Shown: positions 48,701-61,553, counted from the first letter of the stretch. The stretch is 64,000 nucleotides of DNA from Monocercomonoides exilis PA203 (GCA_001643675.2 LSRY02000006.1:1302001-1366000); one strand, 5' to 3'. Made by a program: numbers and translations. Notes: generated by a model from the sequence alone, not told the origin.

Positions 48701-51700
48701 TATCTTCATTCGTGCGGTGCTGACTTCTTCATATCTACTGGTGTTCAAGACTATTACAACAGCGATTTCTTAACTACTGACAATCAATATGAAGATGCTG
48801 GAGGCAATGCTCAGATGGCAAGCAGAGGCCGTTCATCCTCTTCTTCGTCTTCTGATGAAAAAGCGCTTTTCTCTTCTCGCTCATATTCTCCTCAGCAAGC
48901 AAACAATGGCAATGGATTTGATCGTTCCGATGAGGAGCAGGAAAAAGAAAGAGGAGTGGTTTCGTCACCAAAGCGGAACGGAGAGATTTCGCTATCGCCA
49001 ACGTCATCACAACAGACTGGCAATACAGGAGCATCTACAACTGATTCTTCGTTGAAGCCTTCTTCGACAACAATCAATGTGCACACTACTGACTATCCAT
49101 CTTATGCTGCCAAGGCTTTAATGCGCATTCTGCGAACGATGATGCTTCTTCAACACTCCAATGCAGAAGCTGTCTTGCACATCGTTGCAAATTCTCCTCA
49201 GCTTAGACAGTACCACAATTCGCTGACGCTCCCTCTCCCATTCACTGGATTTACCATTCTTCCGCCTTTCATCCCAACACCTGGCCAGCAAGCGTGGCTG
49301 GATCTTGTGGACATAACATGCTCGCAACTTGTGAGTAATTCTGTATATGCATTAGGCGTCCCGGATCTTCCTTTTGATCAAATGTCATCTGAATCTTCAT
49401 ATGGAATGCATGCAAGTTCTTCAGACACAACGTCCCTAACCATTCTCCGCCATAATAAACGCCATTCAGCCGATTCCTCCTCATTCTTTTCGAACATCAA
49501 CCCATTTGTGACGCAATCTTCCTTCTCTCCAGTCATCTGGGCTGTGCTTTCATCACAGCTGAATCTTTTACCCAGACTGTATTCGTCAGACGTGTTCCAT
49601 CCTTTTACTGTCAACAATCGCAAGGACGGATGGGATCTGAATGGACCGCTGTGTCCGTCGCTGCCAATTGTCGCAGGGTTGCTGGAGCTGACTGATGCGC
49701 TTTCGCAGCTGAGATGGCCTTATTGGAGAGAAGGCAAAAAGAAAAGGGAGAGACGCTTTGATGCAGACGAAGAGAAGAAGAAAAGGCAACTCTACCGAGA
49801 CAGAGTCAAACGTGACAGATGGACGCTCTTTGCACTAGCAACAGAAGATCAACAGAGGGAGTATTTTGAAAGAGAAAACGATCCGTTTTTCCTTCGGAAT
49901 CCTCCTTCTTCATCAGCTGTTTTGGGAAGTTCAACCAAAAAGGTAACCTTCTCAAAGAATGATCCGCTTCCTTCAACATTGTCTACGCTAACATCACAAG
50001 AGTCATTCATGCTTGCTCAACAAACACCACATGCTCTGAGCACAGATCATCTTCTTGGTATATCTCACTTTATAAAAGAGTGCATAATGCAACTTGTACA
50101 CTATATTCCTTCTCAACCTCCGCCGTCCACGTATAAGCAGGACAATGAAATTATGTTGGGATACAAGCCCGTTGGAGGGAGTGTGGAAGACTCAGACGCT
50201 GCGGATAGAACACAGGAAGATGAAGAAGAAGATTACGATAGCGAAAGCACCGATTCCTCGTTAGAGTCAGAATTATCTTTGCGCCCATTGTCTCCTGCAG
50301 AGGGAATGGAACAAGCAGACAAAGAATTTTCAGCACCTCATCCATCTCCGACTCCTTCACCTGAGATGAGATCTTCGTCTCCTACACCTTCGTCTGCATC
50401 TGCTTTGGCATCGAAACTCAGAAGAGAAGAAAGAGCAAAAATTATCAAAATGAGAAAGGAAGAAGAAAGAGAAAGGAAGGAGCTCGAATTTGGGGTTGCT
50501 CAAACAGAAGAGATGGACGATGAAAGATACGAGCAAGAAGGCAAGCATTCGGTCTCAAAATTGCCATTACAGCCTGATGCAGTTGAGGGGAATGAAACAT
50601 TCAACAATTCGAGTGCTGAAAGAGAAGATCAGCCTGAAACGGAAAAAATGCAAAAGTCAAAGCATAACAAAGAAACAGGCAAACAGCGCTCGAAGAGAAG
50701 AAGCTCATTACATAAATCTGGTAAGGAACATGCACAAAGGTCTCATCGGCAGACAAGGAGAAGGATAAGTGCAAGTAAAGAGATAGCTGAAGTTGACAAT
50801 TCTGGTGAAGATGCCAATGAAAGTTATGAAGATAGCGATGAAGATAGCGATGTCATCATTGAAAGAGATAGAACCGTTTCTGCCGAACGAGATGGAGAAG
50901 AAGAAGAAGAAGATAATGATGAGAAAGAGACGCAGCACCTTCATCGCGATCGGGTGAGCGACAGCCGCGAAAGAGATCCAATTCTTGCTAATATCAAAGT
51001 TGGGAACGAAGAAGAAAAGAAGGAAAAGAAGAAGAGCAAAAAGAAACAAGAAAAGAAGAAAAACGAGAAGCATCGCCACAAACGTAAGCGTCACCGCTCG
51101 AAAAAAGGGTCAGTACACAAATCGTCATCTTTTTCAAAAGAAAAACAGTCAGATAAAACAAAAGACGAAAGTGAAAAAGAGAAGCAGAAGAAAGCTGTTC
51201 GAGAATTTGTTGAAAAAAATCTTCCAAGAAAATTAGCGTTCCATCCACATCTAATTCTGGAGTTGGCATTGCACTGCTTTTCGCCACTCATTTTCCCATC
51301 ACCTTATTGCACTTTCGCTCGTTCCATTTCGTCATCACGGATATCTTCTTCAACTGAAAAGCACCCGCATTCAAAGAAAGAAAAAGAAAACTCCACAGAG
51401 CGTGTCGAAGATGCGAATTCTGTTCTTTCACAACCAATTGGCCTGCCTCAATTCCCTCCTCCGCCTCCCTCCGATATCGTTGAGCAGCTCCGGGCTGAAA
51501 GTGAAGGTTCGTTTGCAGAACAACAACTGTCTTCAACGGAGCCTCTTTCTCTGTCAGCTTCGTATTCAGAAAACACTTCGACTGAGAGATCGTCAATGCC
51601 ATCGTCTTCACTGAATTCGATGTCTATGACTTCAGAACTCCAGTATCGCACAGAAAAGCAATTTATGGAACATTTTGGCTTCACGTCCGAAGATTACCGC

Positions 51701-54700
51701 CTTCCTGTTTGCAACCCGTCTTTCCCGTTTACAACTGAGGCAGACGGTGGTGGGTGCATCAAGCAGATAATGAAAGATTGCACAGAATGCGTCTCAGCTA
51801 TCTTTGACAAGACGCAAGCTCGAGAGCTTTCGGAGCTGCTTTGGCGAAATGACATGCAAGATCACGAAAAGGACGTGTATGAGGCAAACAACTACACTTT
51901 GAACTTGCCATTGGAACTGATCGTGAGAGAGAAAGAAAAGCATCGCAAACTGAAGAACTCCCAATTAAGTTGGGCATCACAGCTGCTCAATGCGCAAAAG
52001 CGCGCTGCAGAAGAGATGCGTCCTCGATACGAAAAAGTCCAGGCAGCCAAACTGCCAGCGTGGAAGAAGCCACCACCAGCTTCAGCATCATCCGCCATGT
52101 TTTCGACACTGTTGTTCTTTTACGGCGATCTTCTTGAATGGCATGCATTTCAATCGATGGAGTATCAGTTGGTGCAATCAACACAGTACAACGTTTCGAC
52201 TATCCGATCCACAAATCCATTCCCATTCCATCTTTATGTTACAGACTTCTTTGCTAATGTTCCCTGGCATCGCTGGGACCGATTTCCACCGATGCTTGTT
52301 GCACCACTGCTGAACATGGCGATCAAAGAATGGGCAGTCCTTGGAGAATCATTCAGAAAAAGGAATCTCGCATTGCTCGCAACTCCAATATCTTCTCCAA
52401 ATTCTATCATCTCACCTTCATCGTTTTCAGCAACGCCATTTTCTCGAGCGTCTTCATCTTCGTTTCCACCCATTGTACCTCCGACGCAGCCTCCATCGCA
52501 AGTTGTTTACTCTTCCGTTCCTCAAACAGCTTCGTCTCTTCATTGCTTAATACCTCGAATTGCACTCCAAATTAACTGGGTGAATGCAGTGATGGGCATT
52601 GACGGTATTGAGAAGAACAAGCAGTTGATGCAACGCAGAAGGAAGCAAAATGAAGTCCTCTTTGAAACCCCAATAACGATGAAGATGAAGTTACCACCTC
52701 CAGCCATTCCTCAGGTTGAAATGGCTGAAAAAGCTTTGCAAAGGCAAAACGAAATGCTGAATCGAGATTCAAACTCAGATGAAGATGATAGTCAAGGACT
52801 TAACAACAACGATCAAAAAGTGCCTGCATTTGCATCTGCTTCATCTTCTTCTACACAACTTCCACATGCATACTCAATTGGATCACAGGCGTCGCATAAT
52901 CGTTCATCTACAACAACATCTTCGATTGTAAAGTCCATAAAATATTATCCAAACTCATCTTCAATGCCAGTTCTACCGTTGTCACACCAGCAATCTGCGT
53001 CTGTTAGCGCTTCTCCTCCGACTCCTTCGTCAACAATGACTGTACAAAGCAACATATTCCAAAGAGGCTTCAACCAAGACTATGCTGCTCCTCTGTCTAT
53101 TGATGATATGGAAAATATGGCTTCTATTCAAACGATGGATGAACCATCGTCCTCTGTACTGGTTTCTCCGTCATCTTCAAATAGAATTCCTTCTTCTCGC
53201 GCTGCCGATGAAAACTCAGTGTTTTTCCAGGAGGAGTATGATGAAAAGGCCATTTGTTCTGTTTCTAGTAAAAATGGTCGAGGTTCCTCGCTTTTTGCAG
53301 ACGATCCTCCAGTATCACCCAGGAAGCTGCTCACTCAGCTTGTGTTTTATGACGACAAAGAGAAAGATGAATCAAATACTTCCATTTTTGCAGGCTATCC
53401 AGAAGCTCAGCAGCAGTATGCAATGTCTCTTTCATCACTGATCTCGTTGCTGTTTTTGTCTGCCGTGGAAACATGCACATATCCTCTGAACAAAAAGAAA
53501 TTCTGGGTTAAATGTGCTTCGTGGATGATGTATGCCAAGTTCCGCAACAACGTTTGCAAGCTGGCATGGCTCCCGTTTTCAGTGCTATCTGTTCCTCAGC
53601 TGAAGGCTGGGTTTGACTGGATCCTCTCTCTTTTCCATCCGCCTGTGCATCTCAGCTCCCAGTCGCCAGCTGTTGAAGCACTCCGCTTTTCGTTTTCAAG
53701 CTCTGACGAAGTGGATGAGCTGATAGATTTCGCTGAGCGTTTTGCCTTTTTGATCTGTTTGGAACCAGAAGGGACAGACCAGTTTTGGAGGTTTATCAAA
53801 AAGAAGAAGTTTCCAACAATCGACTTCACGATGACAGATGAAGAGGAAGAAGCATGGAAAATCACAGAAGAAGGAGGAGAAGCTGTTGAGCAGCAGGACT
53901 TTATTTCAGATATGCAGGATCCTCCAAAGCAAGATGGTGGGGATGTGACAATTGAAGGAAACACAGTTTACAATGACAGTGATAGTGAAGAAGAATATGA
54001 CGACACAGCTAAGCTATCTGGGACAAAATCATCATCCAGAACATCCTCGCGAAAATACTCTTCTTCGAACTCGCAATCATTTGCTTCTGCAAATTCACCA
54101 CTTTTATCGTCAGTGTCTTCGAATTCAAAAGCGGGAACATCCACTCGCACATCACCAAAGTCAACAACACTTGCATCTTCTTTGAGAACAACTTCATCTT
54201 CCATAAAATCAAATGCTGTTACTTCAAATCCATCTGTTTTAACAGAGATGCAAAACAGTTTATATGTGCAGTATCTGACAGCGGACATGTGCCGACTGCA
54301 GTTGTACTTCTATTTTGTTTGTTCTCTTTTATCAACACGGTTCATCCGAAAGAATCCTGTTGACGATACAGATTATGGGCTTAACTATTATGTTTCTCCA
54401 AGCACGCCAGCTGTTGGTACACATCTCAGGCGTTTATTCTTTATCCTCCATCTGGTGCAGATAGGCAGCCCCACACCATCGTTATCGCTTCTTGGCGACA
54501 GACAAGGCTCATCCGAAAAGTCATCAGAACTTAGCAGTCATGTTTCTGATTTGAGTATATGTAGCAGCTCAGACTCAGAGAACTTCGAGATCCAGATTGC
54601 TTTGCAGCTTGTTCTTCCGCAGCAGATTCTGCGCTCGCCCGAACAAAACACTCCAACTGCTGTTACGCGCAGGCATGGAATCCATGCAGTTCTTGTGATG

Positions 54701-56990
54701 CGGAATATGTTCCAGATTTTTATCACTTCCATGCTGTATTTCATTGATAGGCACACCTACCGCGAGGCATACAAGGCAGCCATCGAAGCGTACAAGAAAG
54801 CTGAGAATGCAGCTAAACAGCTGCCATCGAGTTCGTCCTCTCTCTCAACAAATGCTATCTCTGTAAAGCAATTGGCTGATGGTTCATCATCAAACATGCT
54901 CCAGTTTTCCTTGCCAACTGTTCATTTGTACTCTTCAAGCCTATCAACACCTCCTTCGTTTCATAGAATCCATATTTTGTACTTTTTAAGTCTTCTTTCG
55001 CGTTTGTTCTATGTGTTTGAAAAGCGCAGCCTCTATTTTTCAGTGATGCAATCTTCAATTGTATCCATTCTTTCTTTGATTCACATTTCTTATCATACAA
55101 AAACTCAAGTACATAAAATCCTTGAAGCTCCCACTCCTCCTCCAGAGAGTTTAACTCCTGCATCTTCTCCGTTTTCTGCCGCGTCAACATCATCCTCATT
55201 CGTTGCTTCAGCGCCAACAACACTTGTGCCTTCTCTCTTTCTGCTCGAATTTATCCTGTCCATTGCCCTTCGTGCAAAGCCTCCTCCTCTTCCTCCTGAT
55301 ATGGGTGCACTTCCAAAGAACACCACAAGCAATGTTTCTCAAGCATTGGAATTTGAAGATAACATGGGGGTTCTGCCAAAGAAGGCTTTTATCGAATTTG
55401 ATGATGATGAAGAAAATGAAGAAGAAGAAGATGATGATGATGATGTCTCAACAACATCCGATCGATCGAATCAGAAGGATGAAGAGAAAAAGAGCAGTAC
55501 GGAAGAAGATGGAGCTTCTTTGGATGAAAAAGAAACTGAAGAGGAGAAAGAAGTATCCGATGAACTGCAAAAAGTGATAACTGCTTATGCGGAGTATATT
55601 GTCCCTTTGTCTTATCCTGAAATCCCTTTGTTGTCCTTCAAAGAGCTTATTGATGCAGCCACTCCGTTCATTCGAGCATTGTTTCTTTTTTCTGCACCAG
55701 CATCGCAGTTTGTGCGCACAGATCATCATCCTTCGTCTGCCTCTGCTTCGTCTTCAACGCTGTTTCAATCATTTGATTTTCCTGCAAGAAGCAGAGATTC
55801 TTCGGGAACTGGTGTGCTTTCAAACGATGAAGTTGAACGAAATGGCTCTCTGCTTCCTTGCTTCATAACTTCTTGTGCACAGCACTCATATTTTCTGTCT
55901 CTTTCTTTGGTTATTCGTGCAATTCTTCCGCTTATCGTTGATCCAATACTCCTGTCTTCTTCTCTAACATTTCCTCTTCCATTCTCGCGCTCTGCTTCGT
56001 CGGAACGAAGTGGAGAGCAGCTTGTGCTTCTGTCCCCCAAGCAGACATTGACTGATGCATTCGACATGTTCCAAACAATGGATTGCTCCTGCTACACGGA
56101 TATCCGCAAGCCAAGTCTTTTCCGTTCGCATCAGCCACTCGTCTCGTCAGGCAGCGCAGCGTCAATGGCACAGATTCCATCTGCCTCTTCGGCATCCAAC
56201 ATTTTGTCTCCATTTCGTGGCGTTAGCTCGTTTACAACGAATATCGGAGCACTTCCTTCGTCTTCGTCTGCGGCCATCCTTTCATCGTTGATATCGACTC
56301 TTACTTCGTGCTCCTGTTTTGAGATTCTGCGCACCGATGCATCGAGAGAAGTTGAAGCTGCGCCGCTTTTGTTGGATGTGTGTGTACTGATGATAGCATC
56401 AGAGCGAAACGTAAAGAACCTCCAAACGTTATCGTCTTTATTTGATTGGCTCTATTCGTTTGTGGAATCTCGATATTTTTGGCAAAAGAAAGTACCAATT
56501 TCAGATAATGTTCGGACTTTTGTTTCAGTAATATTGGCATTTGTGAGTTATCATTGGAAAGAGAGTCTGCATTTGTCGTCTCCAGCAGCAAAACAATATG
56601 CAAAGGTTTGCCTTTTGTTATTTTTGCCTTTAAAAAATCAAACAACTTCATGTATTTATTCAAATTTTTATTCAATTTAGATATTTCATTCACTTGTTGA
56701 TCGATTGAAAAAACAGAAAAAAACAGGAAAAAATAATCGTTCATTAGACATTCTAACTTCTATTAAACAATGCATAAAGAGGTATTTCATATTAAATATG
56801 TTAAATTTTTCTTTATTAATTCTTTTTATTTATCTTTATGATTTTCATTTATCAATTTGAAATAAATTATTCTTCGTTATTTCAATATCAATTTCACAGT
56901 TCTCCAAAATCAATGATAGCTTTTAATATATCAGCAATTGGTGAAGCATTGTTTCCTGAGCACGCAAATTTATTTAGAATGCTTTTGTAA
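33776..56990 (+). CDS. EPG5: Giant (~7653 aa) helical-repeat protein with Ser-rich insertions, probable EPG5 (autophagosome-lysosome tether) homolog, 4 exons: 33776-33786, 33847-56605, 56681-56781, 56900-56990
   Basis: The CDS itself is certain: a 22.8-kb open exon, and flanking GT-AG introns give MSYN|LHSQ... and ...GEALFPEHANLFRMLL-stop. Identity is from remembered similarity: CWSTEESTEVIKGCC..SYISSKLNSENYERL..ETQIDLKSYLE vs EPG5 LWQFKEEQMSVQGIC..RYQRVEMNENALVEL..LSRLQVESYIY; also WASSFI, SEKDLL.FWEKL and terminal LFPE. The confidence value refers to the EPG5 identity. Confidence 0.6.
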
Positions 56991-57223
56991 TTATTTATAA
57001 TTAATATACATCTTTTGTTTTGTGATATTATTTGTAAAATAGAATTTCTTTTTTTCTAAAAAAGTTTCTTATTTTTGTAGTTTGAGATTTCTCAGTATTT
57101 CAGTGATTTTTTATATCATATGCATAACTTATTTTTTATATTTCAGTTTATTAGTGCATGCTATTTTAGTTTTTGTATTTTTTACAATACAGATCACTGA
57201 TTTGCCATACTTAAATATGTTAA

Positions 57224-59192
57224 ATGTTCATTTGGTGTATTGCGAACGTACTGTATGTAATGTGTAATATCAGATGTTGGGAAGAATGTAATATCATTCC
57301 ACGACCCGTTTCAGCAAAAATACTACCGGGAATTTTTAGTTTTCATGAGAAAGTCAAAATTTTTATTCCGAAAAACGATTCGCTTATAAGTTCGATAGCA
57401 ACAACATTAAACACAATTTTTGTGGATCATACGGGAATAAGTTTTCGCATTTTAGAATATGAAGATAACTCTACTGTTTCTGAAGAGTTTTGCATTGTTT
57501 TCAAATATAATTTGTCCATTTTTTACAAAGAAGGATATAGACTCAACATAACATCAAAAAGAATAATAATTGAAGGCTCTCATCCAAATGGGATGTATCA
57601 CGCTGTAACGTCATTGCGTCAAATGTTTCCTCCTTTTATGAGTGAAATTGAATTAGAATTTTGTTCAAAGCAAGTTGTTTCTGTTAAATGTGCAGAAATT
57701 GAGGATTACCCAAGATACCCTTACAGAGGTTTAATGTTAGATGTTTCACGTCATTTTTTAACAATTGAAGATGTCAAAAGATTTATCGATCTTTTGGCTT
57801 TTCATAAAATGAATATTCTCCATTTCCATTTGACGGATGATCAGGGATGGAGGATCTTCATAAAGAAATATCCAAAATTAACAGAAATAGGAGCATGGAG
57901 AGTGTCTCAGAATTTAAATTCATTGAATTTAAACGGTGATAATGAACTTGAACAGGGATTTATTTCTGGTAATGAAAATGGATGTTACATAACAGAAAAC
58001 GTAAACTCAACTGAGCATACGGAACAAAATGCGGCAAATGATATGTACGGTGGATTTTACACAACTGAGGATATTAAAGAAATTGTTGATTACGCAGAAA
58101 AGTGCTTTATTCAGATTATTCCAGAGATTGAAATTCCGGGTCATGCTGTCGCAGCTGTGGCGTCGTATCCTTGGCTGTCTTGCGAAGAAAAGAGCGTACG
58201 TGTGCAAACAGACTGGGGTATTTTTACGCCTGTTTTTTGTTCCAAAGAGGAAGTGATGGTATTTCTTGAAGATGTTGTCAAAGAAGTGATGGAATTATTT
58301 CCTTCTCCATTGATTCACATAGGCGGTGATGAATGCCCAACTACAGACTGGGAGAAATGCAAAAAATGTAAAGCTCGTATGGAAGAAGAAAATCTGACTA
58401 ATGTTTCTCATTTGCAAGGAGTGTTCGTTAGGCGAATGCAAAAAGTTGCATCAGAAAAGAATCGAAAGGTTATTGGATGGGAAGAGATATCGGAAGCTGG
58501 GGTAAATGTAACAGACATTGTTTTAATGATGTGGAGGTCAACTTTGTCTATCGAAAATGTTGTGAACAAAGGGGTAGATGTTATTTTAGCACCAGTTTCA
58601 CCATGCTATTTTGACTATCAAGAAGGAAGCTCAGATAACAGTGAAAATGATCAGAATGAAAAAATACAAAATGAAAAAATTTCGCTGAATTTTTCGGGGC
58701 AAGAAGAAGCTTCTGTTCGTTTTAACAGTGCAATGGGAAAGGCAAAAAGAAGAAGGCACAACGGACCGTCATTGGCATCTGTTTATCGATTTGATCCGTT
58801 GTCCTATGTGAGAATGAATCACACTCAAAATTTTGAAGGACAAAATCGTTCTGGTTTGAAAATTTTTAAATAATATCTTCATTTTTGTTTTGTTTTTAAA
58901 ATTTTTCTAATTTTTTTCTCCAATTTTGAATGGTTTAGAAAATGATTATAACGAAGTTAAAAAACATGTTTTAGGAGGCCAAGCAAATTTGTGGTCGGAG
59001 CATTTGCTTCATCAAAGTGATTGCGAATGGAACACTTTTCCTCGTCTTGCAGCAATGTGCGAAGCATTGTGGACGCCTTCTGAAAAGAAAGATTATCATT
59101 CATTTCGTGGTAGATTGTCTAATTCACTTGTGCTTCATTATAAATCTATGAAAGTGAATTACAACCCAATCAGCGTGCTTAACGCAACTTAA
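57224..59192 (+). CDS. GH20 beta-N-acetylhexosaminidase, 2 exons: 57224-58853, 58939-59192 (~627 aa)
   Basis: Hydrophobic N-terminus; IIPRP; EGYRL; DYPRYPYRGLMLDVSRHF; HFHLTDDQGWR; PEIEIPGHA; catalytic HIGGDE; YFDY; LGGQANLWSE; FPRLAAMCEALW. Confidence 0.95.
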
Positions 59193-59652
59193 TCTACGAA
59201 GATTTTCTTGATAAAGATAGTTATGAATGTGGTGCTTTTAAATGATACAATGAACTTTGTTGACAAATTATTTGTTTACAGTTTATATAAACGTATACAA
59301 AATTAAATGTGCAACAAATGACATTGAAATGATCAAGAAGGAAATCTTTCATTATTTTAACGTTTACAATTTCTTCTACGATGTTGCATCGTGGTTTAAG
59401 TAATTCACAAATATTGTTATCTTTGTTGATTTTGAAAATATTAAAATTCTCATTTTCAGATGTTTTGACAATTTGATTTCATTGAGCACTTCGATTGTTT
59501 TATGAATATTAAAAAGTAATTTATTATTATTGTTATTAATAAAAACAGCACACTTTTCTTTTAAGTGGAATTTTGCAAAAATGGATAAATTATTGGGAAG
59601 AAGATTGAGTCATGTGAAAATTTTTTTGTTTTTTCAAAAGGTACTTCATCTA

Positions 59653-60617
59653 GGGTCAGAAATTTATCGGTACCCAAAAAATTAATCGGGACCTAAAATT
59701 TCTGGCTCTCCGGAGCACTTTTCGAAAAAAATAAATAATAGAAAATTATAAACACATTATTATAAGCTATTCCTGAAAATCTTTTTTCATATTTTTATTT
59801 TAGTGAAAAGATCTGGTATTTTTTGTTTTATTTTTCAGATCAAAGACTTGCTCGTATTTTCACGAGCTTTTTGTTTTGAGATTTTTAAGTGTTATTCTTG
59901 TTATTAAACATAACTTCTTTACAATTTTGGTTATTTTTCATTGTTAAACACTTCGTTTTTTTATTTCTTTTTCCATTTCACTAAATATCGAAAAAATAAA
60001 GAATTCATATATTAAAACAAAATATTTCATTATTTTTCAAGTTTAAATATAAAAACTATTAACACATAAAGGTGTTCAAAAAGAAGAAAATCTAAACTTT
60101 TTTATGATCGTGATTTTATTACAAAAAATCTTGTTTTTGTGTATTTTTGCGTTTTTTGCTTCAAATTTCATTCTTTCATTTCAAAATCTTTGTGATGATC
60201 ATTTCAATCATTTTTTCAACTATTTCTCAACATTAAAAAACAAAGCAACTCAAATATCACTTCAAAATCTTCTATTTGTCGATATTTAGTGAAATGGAAA
60301 AAGAAATAAAAAAACGAAGTGTTTAACAATGAAAAATAACCAAAATTGTAAAGAAGTTATGTTTAATAACAAGAATAACACTTAAAAATCTCAAAACAAA
60401 AAGCTCGTGAAAATACGAGCAAGTCTTTGATCTGAAAAATAAAACAAAAAATACCAGATCTTTTCACTAAAATAAAAATATGAAAAAAGATTTTCAGGAA
60501 TAGCTTATAATAATGTGTTTATAATTTTCTATTATTTATTTTTTTCGAAAAGTGCTCCGGAGAGCCAGAAATTTTAGGTCCCGATAAAAAAAAGGGGATA
60601 TGATAAATAACTCACCC
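59653..60617. mobile_element. Foldback/MITE-like element (965 bp) with ~307-bp apparently perfect inverted arms and TA flanks
   Basis: 59685-59991 is the reverse complement of 60279-60585, with no mismatch found by eye. A further 32 bp on each side match imperfectly out to GGGT...ACCC. TA at 59651-59652 and 60618-60619. The 287-bp spacer is non-coding. Confidence 0.88.
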
Positions 60618-60696
60618 TATTTGTATTTTTATTTTTTTGAAAATCACTTATCATATTGACATGCCTATTTCATGCTAACGTGTGTTATTACATATA

Positions 60697-61152
60697 CAGT
60701 CGAAACCGGATATAATCACATTGAATTTTGCACAACTTTTTGTTTCTTCATTCGATTGAGATTATATTCGATGCTGCCTTTCACAGAAAAAAATATAAAT
60801 AAATGAAATAATTAACGAATTTTGTGTCAAATTTTCAATTTTTGATAATTTTTCATAAAAAACCGCATTTTTAACGTGCGAATTCAAATTTTTTTCATTA
60901 ATACGTATTTCTTAGACTTATTTGAACCTTTTTGTGTAAAATTGAAATTTTTGTAGTTTTTGAATAAAAAACCGGTTTTTTTATAGAAAAATGAACAAAT
61001 TAAAAAAGGAAATATGAATATATATTTTCAGCCTTGCGATTATATGCAATGGAAAATGAATAAATGAATAGACCAAAAATGTCTATGCCTGGAAAAATGC
61101 GATGATAACAGATGTTGAATATATTCGGTGTGATTATATCCAGTTTTGACTG
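60697..61152. mobile_element. Tc1/mariner-pogo-type non-autonomous element (456 bp), TA TSD
   Basis: Left TA|CAGTCGAAACCGGATATAATCACATTGAAT vs right reverse complement CAGTCAAAACTGGATATAATCACACCGAAT (26/30); TA at 61153-61154. Internal CAG CCT TGC GAT (QPCD) at 61029-61040 resembles the pogo DDE_1 QP(L/C)D motif. Confidence 0.8.
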
Positions 61153-61249
61153 TATCTCTATTTCTTTTTTGTTAAACATTAACTTTTGGTTCAAAAGGAA
61201 TTCTTTTGTTATATGAATAAATTATTTTCATTTATGATCAAAGACTATT

Positions 61250-61297
61250 AGAAAACGAACACACCGAAAAAAGCTATCATTTCAATAATAATCACAC
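61250..61297. mobile_element. Right end of a MITE family A-related copy
   Basis: AACACACCGAAAAAAGCTATCATTTCAATAATAATCACAC matches the right end of 10954-11207 and is followed by AAAT. No left end was found. Confidence 0.5.
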
Positions 61298-61472
61298 AAA
61301 TAAACAACAAAAGACTAACATCTTCTCATTCAGTTCACATTTCAGTGACTGCGATAAGTGACTGCATGCACATAAACAAAAAATCAAATATATCAATTCG
61401 AGAGAAAACCCAAAACATTAACAAGACCCAATAAGTTGCTTTTCACAACTCAATGAGTTCAAAAGTTTAATC

Positions 61473-61473
<1 letters not shown>

Positions 61474-61550
<77 letters not shown>
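61474..61550 (+). repeat. (CAA)n microsatellite running into a 49-nt poly(A) tract
   Basis: About nine CAA units from 61474, then an A run at 61502-61550. Confidence 0.95.

Positions 61551-61553
<3 letters not shown>

Noticed and set aside
21156-56744. Numerous antisense and alternate-frame ORFs (poly-Glu, poly-Leu, Lys/Arg-rich) inside the USP, kinase and giant genes
   Set aside because: They are shadows of TCN-rich low-complexity coding sequence, with no independent motifs.
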